A stretch of 32,000 nucleotides of DNA from Cupriavidus necator (lineage in GTDB: Bacteria > Pseudomonadota > Gammaproteobacteria > Burkholderiales > Burkholderiaceae), in NCBI RefSeq assembly GCF_016127575.1, contig NZ_CP066018.1, forward strand, positions 630,001 through 662,000, in the 5' to 3' direction. The translations under genes were made by a program, and so were the position numbers. Below are positions 28,210 through 32,000 of this stretch, piece after piece. The notes beneath the pieces are model-generated. The model was not told the DNA's origin. It made no database searches and was given only the letters and a program-made list of their open reading frames with translations. Within the stretch, counting starts at the first letter, position 1, and each line of letters opens with the position of its first letter.

Positions 28210-29931
28210 CTATACCCCCAGCGCCCGGCCATCGCTGCGCGGGTCGTGCGCGCCGCTAAGCTGCCCGCCGGTATCGATCCGGATCGCGCCCGGATGACCG
28301 GCCAGCTGGCTTTGCGCAGGGATCGGGCTCAGTTGATGGCCGCGCGCGGCAAGCTCGTTGAACACCGGCAGGCCGGCATCCTGTTCCAGCTTGAGGCTGT
28401 CGCGGCTGTCCGAGAAGGTCTTGCCCAGCAGGAAGCGCGGGCGGCGCAGAGCCGTCAGCGGATCCATGCCGTAGTCGATCATCCGTGTCAGCACCGCGGC
28501 CAGTGTCTGCGGCTGGCCGTCGGCGCCTTGCGTGCCGTACAGCAGGTGCGGCCGGCCCTGCTTGAGGTAGATGCCGGGATTGAGGGTATGGAATGGCCGC
28601 TTGCCGCCGCGCAGCACGTTGGGGCTGGCGGGATCGAGGCTGAACGATGCGCCGCGGTTGTGCCAGAGCACCCCCGTGTCGCCGACGACCAGGCCGCTGC
28701 CCCAGTCGAAATAGACGGTCTGCAGCATGCTCACGCAGCGGCCCTCGCGGTCGGCGGCGCCGATGTAGACGGTGTCGCCGGGCTTGAACACATGCGGCCA
28801 CGCCATGGCGCGGTCCATGCGGATGCGGCGCGCGTGGGCGTCGAGATTGGACCTGGACAACAGCCGCTCCAGCGGCACGTCGACAAAATCGGGATCGGCG
28901 ACGTAGCGGTTGCGGTCCAGGAACGCCAGCTTCACGGCCTCGACCAGCAGGTGGTAATAGTCTGCGCTGCCTTCCTGGATACCGGACAGATCGAACCGGT
29001 CGAGGATGCCCATGATCTCCAGCGTGGTCACGCCTTGCGTGGGCGGACGCAGGCCGAGCAGTTCGCCGTCGCGGTAGGCCACGCGCAGCGGCACTTCTTC
29101 GCGCGCCTGGCAGCGCGCCAGGTCCTGTTCGCGCAACGGCGAGCCGGCCTTGGCCAGCCCGGCGGCAAGGCGACCGGCGAGGTCGCCCTCGTAGAATTCG
29201 CGCCCGCCCTGTGTCGCCACCCGGTCCAGGGTGCGGGCCAGCTCAGGCTGGCGGAACATTTGGCCGGGCCTGGGCATGCGCCCGTCTGGCATGAAGACCT
29301 GTCCGAAGCCATCCCAGCCTGACAGGTCCGCCGAGCGGAACTCCTGCCAGAAGCACTGTGACGGCGTGACCGGGAATCCGTTGGCGGCGTACTCGGTGGC
29401 CCGCGCCAGCAGCGCCGACCACGACTGCGTGCCGCCCCACTGGTCCCGGCTGAAGGCAAAGGCGCGGTCCCAGATCGCAACGGTGGCGGCGGCAGTGAGT
29501 GCCGCTGCCGGGCCCCGCAGCGGAATCGTGCCGGCATAGCCCGAGGTCTCGGACGCCGCCTGGCCGATGCCGGAGAACGTGCGCACATTGCCGCCGCGGT
29601 CGCTGACCACCAGGAAGGCGTCGCCCCCCAGGCCGGTAAAGTGCGGGTATGTCACGCTCAGCACCGCGCCGATGGCAATCGCCGCCTCGATGGCGTTGCC
29701 CCCGGCCTTCAATACCTCCAGCCCCGCCTGGCTGGCCAGTCCATGCGGGCTGGTGACCATGCCCGCGGACGAATGCGCCAGCCCTGCGCGCCCGGATTGC
29801 GCCGGCTCCTGCGCCAGTTCCTGGCCGACGGCAGGCAATATGGTGCTGCCCGCCAGCGCGGCCGAGCCGGCCAGGAATGCCCGGCGCGACGTGCCGGTGC
29901 CGCAAGGATCCACTTCACCCAGAAATTCCAT
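28210..29931 (-). CDS. gamma-glutamyltransferase-family Ntn hydrolase (YwrD-like subgroup) with a twin-arginine signal
   Basis: About 573 aa from the ATG at 29931; the track starts at a GTG at 29937. The Tat motif is TSRRAFLAGSAALAG. The GGT N-domain shows GGNAIEAAIAIGAVLSV and TGLGGDAF. The putative autoprocessing and nucleophile Thr lies in PGD-T-VYIGAADREG (codon 28771-28773). The C-terminal block is GTQGADGQPQ. Confidence 0.85.
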   Translation of the reverse strand: MEFLGEVDPCGTGTSRRAFLAGSAALAGSTILPAVGQELAQEPAQSGRAGLAHSSAGMVTSPHGLASQAGLEVLKAGGNAIEAAIAIGAVLSVTYPHFTGLGGDAFLVVSDRGGNVRTFSGIGQAASETSGYAGTIPLRGPAAALTAAATVAIWDRAFAFSRDQWGGTQSWSALLARATEYAANGFPVTPSQCFWQEFRSADLSGWDGFGQVFMPDGRMPRPGQMFRQPELARTLDRVATQGGREFYEGDLAGRLAAGLAKAGSPLREQDLARCQAREEVPLRVAYRDGELLGLRPPTQGVTTLEIMGILDRFDLSGIQEGSADYYHLLVEAVKLAFLDRNRYVADPDFVDVPLERLLSRSNLDAHARRIRMDRAMAWPHVFKPGDTVYIGAADREGRCVSMLQTVYFDWGSGLVVGDTGVLWHNRGASFSLDPASPNVLRGGKRPFHTLNPGIYLKQGRPHLLYGTQGADGQPQTLAAVLTRMIDYGMDPLTALRRPRFLLGKTFSDSRDSLKLEQDAGLPVFNELAARGHQLSPIPAQSQLAGHPGAIRIDTGGQLSGAHDPRSDGRALGV

Positions 29932-30045
29932 ACCCACTTCCCCCGGATACGCGCGGCCGGCCCACGCTGGCAGCCGCGATAACGATTCGATGATGGCGCC
30001 GGGTCATGCTGCGCCTGGCACGCAAACCCGGCAGGACGCGTCGGC

Positions 30046-30582
30046 TCAGGTCCCGGTCTTCCAGCCTTGCCATGGGCGTTCGGCAACGGATTCCGGTGCC
30101 GCGTAGTGATGCTTGATCCAGGCATAGGCCGGTCCGAGCGCATTCATGGCGATCACCGCGCCAAGCGCGACAACGGGATCGCCCGGCACCGGGCCGAAGC
30201 CGCCGAACAGCGTGGCGAAATACGAGGCAAAGCCAAAGAACATGCCGGGGATGAAGCGCAGCGTGACGAACACGCGAGCGAGATACATCATCGAAGCGTT
30301 GAGCGCGAACAGGATCACCATCTCCGCCACGATCAGCGCTGGCCCGGAGAACTGCTCGGCCGCCTGGCGGAAGCAAAGCACGATGACAAAGGCAAAGAGC
30401 GAGCCCACCGGCAGTGTCGGCCAGATCTTCTTCAGGTTCTCCGGCGTGGGGCCGCCCATGGCAAAGGTCGCGGCCCAGCTAATGAAGATGGCCCATGGCG
30501 GCAGGTGCGAGGCATGCGCGGCGATGGGAACGGTGGTGATGGCAAGCAGTGAAGCCACGACTTCGGCGGGCAGCTTTCTCAT
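30046..30582 (-). CDS. small polytopic inner-membrane protein (possibly DUF1097 family)
   Basis: 178 aa with about 5-6 hydrophobic segments and host-like codon usage. It lies between, and is co-oriented with, the amidohydrolase and GGT-like genes. The family call is from memory only. Confidence 0.6.
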   Translation of the reverse strand: MRKLPAEVVASLLAITTVPIAAHASHLPPWAIFISWAATFAMGGPTPENLKKIWPTLPVGSLFAFVIVLCFRQAAEQFSGPALIVAEMVILFALNASMMYLARVFVTLRFIPGMFFGFASYFATLFGGFGPVPGDPVVALGAVIAMNALGPAYAWIKHHYAAPESVAERPWQGWKTGT

Positions 30583-30619
30583 GATCGACTCCTTGATGGA
30601 CGGGGAACGGGCATTGCGG

Positions 30620-31888
30620 TCAGTGTGGGCAGCACCGGTGCCGATGGATCTCGCAGCGATGCTGCGTGACTACGGTGATCTTGCCGCGCTTGACCACCCA
30701 CAGCCGCGGCGGGATGTCGATCAGCGCATCGGCCACCTGGAAGGTATCGAGCACGACCAGGTCAGCCTGGCGCCCGACCTTGAGGCCATAGGTGTCGTGC
30801 AGGCCGATCGCGCGCGCGGCGTTGTGCGTGCCCATGTCGAGCACCGCGAGCTGGTGCTCGGGCACGCCGAACTGGGCCACGTGCGCCAGCATGTTGCCGA
30901 TCTGCAGCATGTCGGCCTTGCCGAACGGCGTGAAGGCGTTGCGGATATTGTTCGAGGAATACGCCACGTTGACGCCGCCGCTGTGCAGGGCCTTCACCGG
31001 CGCCAGCCCGCGGCGCTGGTTCTGGACGTCCTTGCGGCCGCCGAGATAGAGATCGGTGGCGGGCAGCGTGACGATGCTGATGCCGGCCTCGCGGATCTGC
31101 TCGATCAGCGGCTGCAGCTGCGCCGCGTCAAGCGCGCCCAGGCTCGTGACATGGCCCAGCGACACGCGCCCCTGGTAGCCGGCTTCGATGGTCTTCTGCG
31201 CGATATATGACACTGCGGCAAAGCGCTGGTCGCCGGTGTCGTCGGCAAAATCGGCATGCATGTCGACCGGCGCGTCATAGCGTTGCGCCAGTTCGAAGAC
31301 CATGTCGATATGGCGCATGGTGTCGGCCCAGCTCAGCTCGTTGTACGGGCAGCCGCCGACCACATCGGCGCCCATGTCCATGGCTTCTGTCAGCAGCTCG
31401 CGGGTGCCCTGCGATTTCAGGATGCCCTCTTGCGGGAAGGCCACGATCTGCAGGTCGAGCAGATCGTGGTACTCCGATTTCAGTTCAAGCAGCGTCTCCA
31501 CCCCGATCAGCCCCTGGATCAGGTCGACATCGGGATGCGCGCGGATCGCCACCGTGCCGTTCCTGACCGCCATGTCCAGCACCTGGCGCGAGCGGTCCAG
31601 CACATCCTGGCGCTGCTGCTTGCTTTTCAGGATGCCGGTGACGCGGATGGCTTCGTCCAGCGTGCCGAAGCGTGCCGGCAGGCGGCGGTGCAGCAGAGCC
31701 TTGTCCAGGTGCAGGTGCGCTTCGACCAGCCCCGGGATGACCGCGCGGCCGCCGGTCTCGATCACTTCATGCGCCGGCACGTCGATGCCGGGCTCGATGG
31801 CGGCGATGCGGCCGTCGCGGATGGCGATATCGGTCAGGGGCGCGTCGTCGCGTACACAGGCGTCCCGGATCAGCAGGTCCAGCTGCAT
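30620..31888 (-). CDS. cytosine deaminase-like amidohydrolase-superfamily protein (non-canonical active site)
   Basis: 422 aa, collinear with E. coli CodA. The HxH motif (EAHLHLD), LQIVAFPQEGIL, the His in DMHAD and the His in LGHVTS are all present. A strong SD (GAGGAGA) lies upstream. The CodA catalytic Glu and the strand-8 Asp are not conserved (see findings). Confidence 0.85.
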   Translation of the reverse strand: MQLDLLIRDACVRDDAPLTDIAIRDGRIAAIEPGIDVPAHEVIETGGRAVIPGLVEAHLHLDKALLHRRLPARFGTLDEAIRVTGILKSKQQRQDVLDRSRQVLDMAVRNGTVAIRAHPDVDLIQGLIGVETLLELKSEYHDLLDLQIVAFPQEGILKSQGTRELLTEAMDMGADVVGGCPYNELSWADTMRHIDMVFELAQRYDAPVDMHADFADDTGDQRFAAVSYIAQKTIEAGYQGRVSLGHVTSLGALDAAQLQPLIEQIREAGISIVTLPATDLYLGGRKDVQNQRRGLAPVKALHSGGVNVAYSSNNIRNAFTPFGKADMLQIGNMLAHVAQFGVPEHQLAVLDMGTHNAARAIGLHDTYGLKVGRQADLVVLDTFQVADALIDIPPRLWVVKRGKITVVTQHRCEIHRHRCCPH

Positions 31889-32000
31889 GGCTTGTCTCCT
31901 CAGGTCTTGTTATGCAGGCGAAGTCAGGGCTTCGCTACCTGAAGCGTAGGTGCCGGGGCGGCATCACTACATCAGGATTGGCTGAATTCGACCTAAGGAT

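Noticed and set aside
27461-32000. A genomic island integrated at the ssrA 3' end
   Set aside because: Scanning by eye, there is no integrase or recombinase ORF and no direct repeat of the tmRNA 3' end. GC and codon usage look native. The idea cannot be excluded beyond the window, so it is kept only as a low-interest note.
1-32000. CRISPR arrays, tandem repeats, IS elements, rRNA or tRNA genes
   Set aside because: Visual scanning found no regularly spaced direct repeats, no transposase-like ORFs, and no tRNA or rRNA signatures other than the tRNA-like domain of ssrA. Short dispersed repeats could be missed without a computational repeat search.

Overview
This is a GC-rich segment (about two-thirds G+C by eye, not computed) whose gene content and order look like a Cupriavidus/Ralstonia-type betaproteobacterial chromosome; that assignment is an inference. 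Positions 1-27,500 are a dense and ordinary housekeeping block, mostly on the minus strand. It contains a crotonase, an HDAC-like deacetylase, mltB (+), cysM, a UraA-like uracil permease, a comEA-like gene, the LPS heptose genes hldD and hldA, ugd, lapA-lapB, ihfB, rpsA and cmk. A small DUF2061 gene on the plus strand follows, then aroA, tyrA, hisC, pheA, serC, a DUF2059 protein and gyrA. After that come the plus-strand genes: an RmpM/OmpA-like protein, ubiG, a HAD phosphatase and ssrA (tmRNA, tag ANDERYALAA). Only the last 4.5 kb downstream of ssrA looks accessory. It holds a DUF2188-like small ORF and a co-directional trio: a CodA-like amidohydrolase with substituted catalytic residues, a small inner-membrane protein, and a Tat-signal GGT-like Ntn hydrolase. 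I saw no CRISPR array, IS element, transposase, integrase, phage, toxin-antitoxin or known defence genes. The many long extra ORFs in the six-frame track are antisense shadows typical of high-GC DNA. I do not see a convincing new biological system. The best candidate for follow-up is the ssrA-proximal three-gene hydrolase module, and its function remains hypothetical. All family calls rest on motif recognition by eye, with no searches run.
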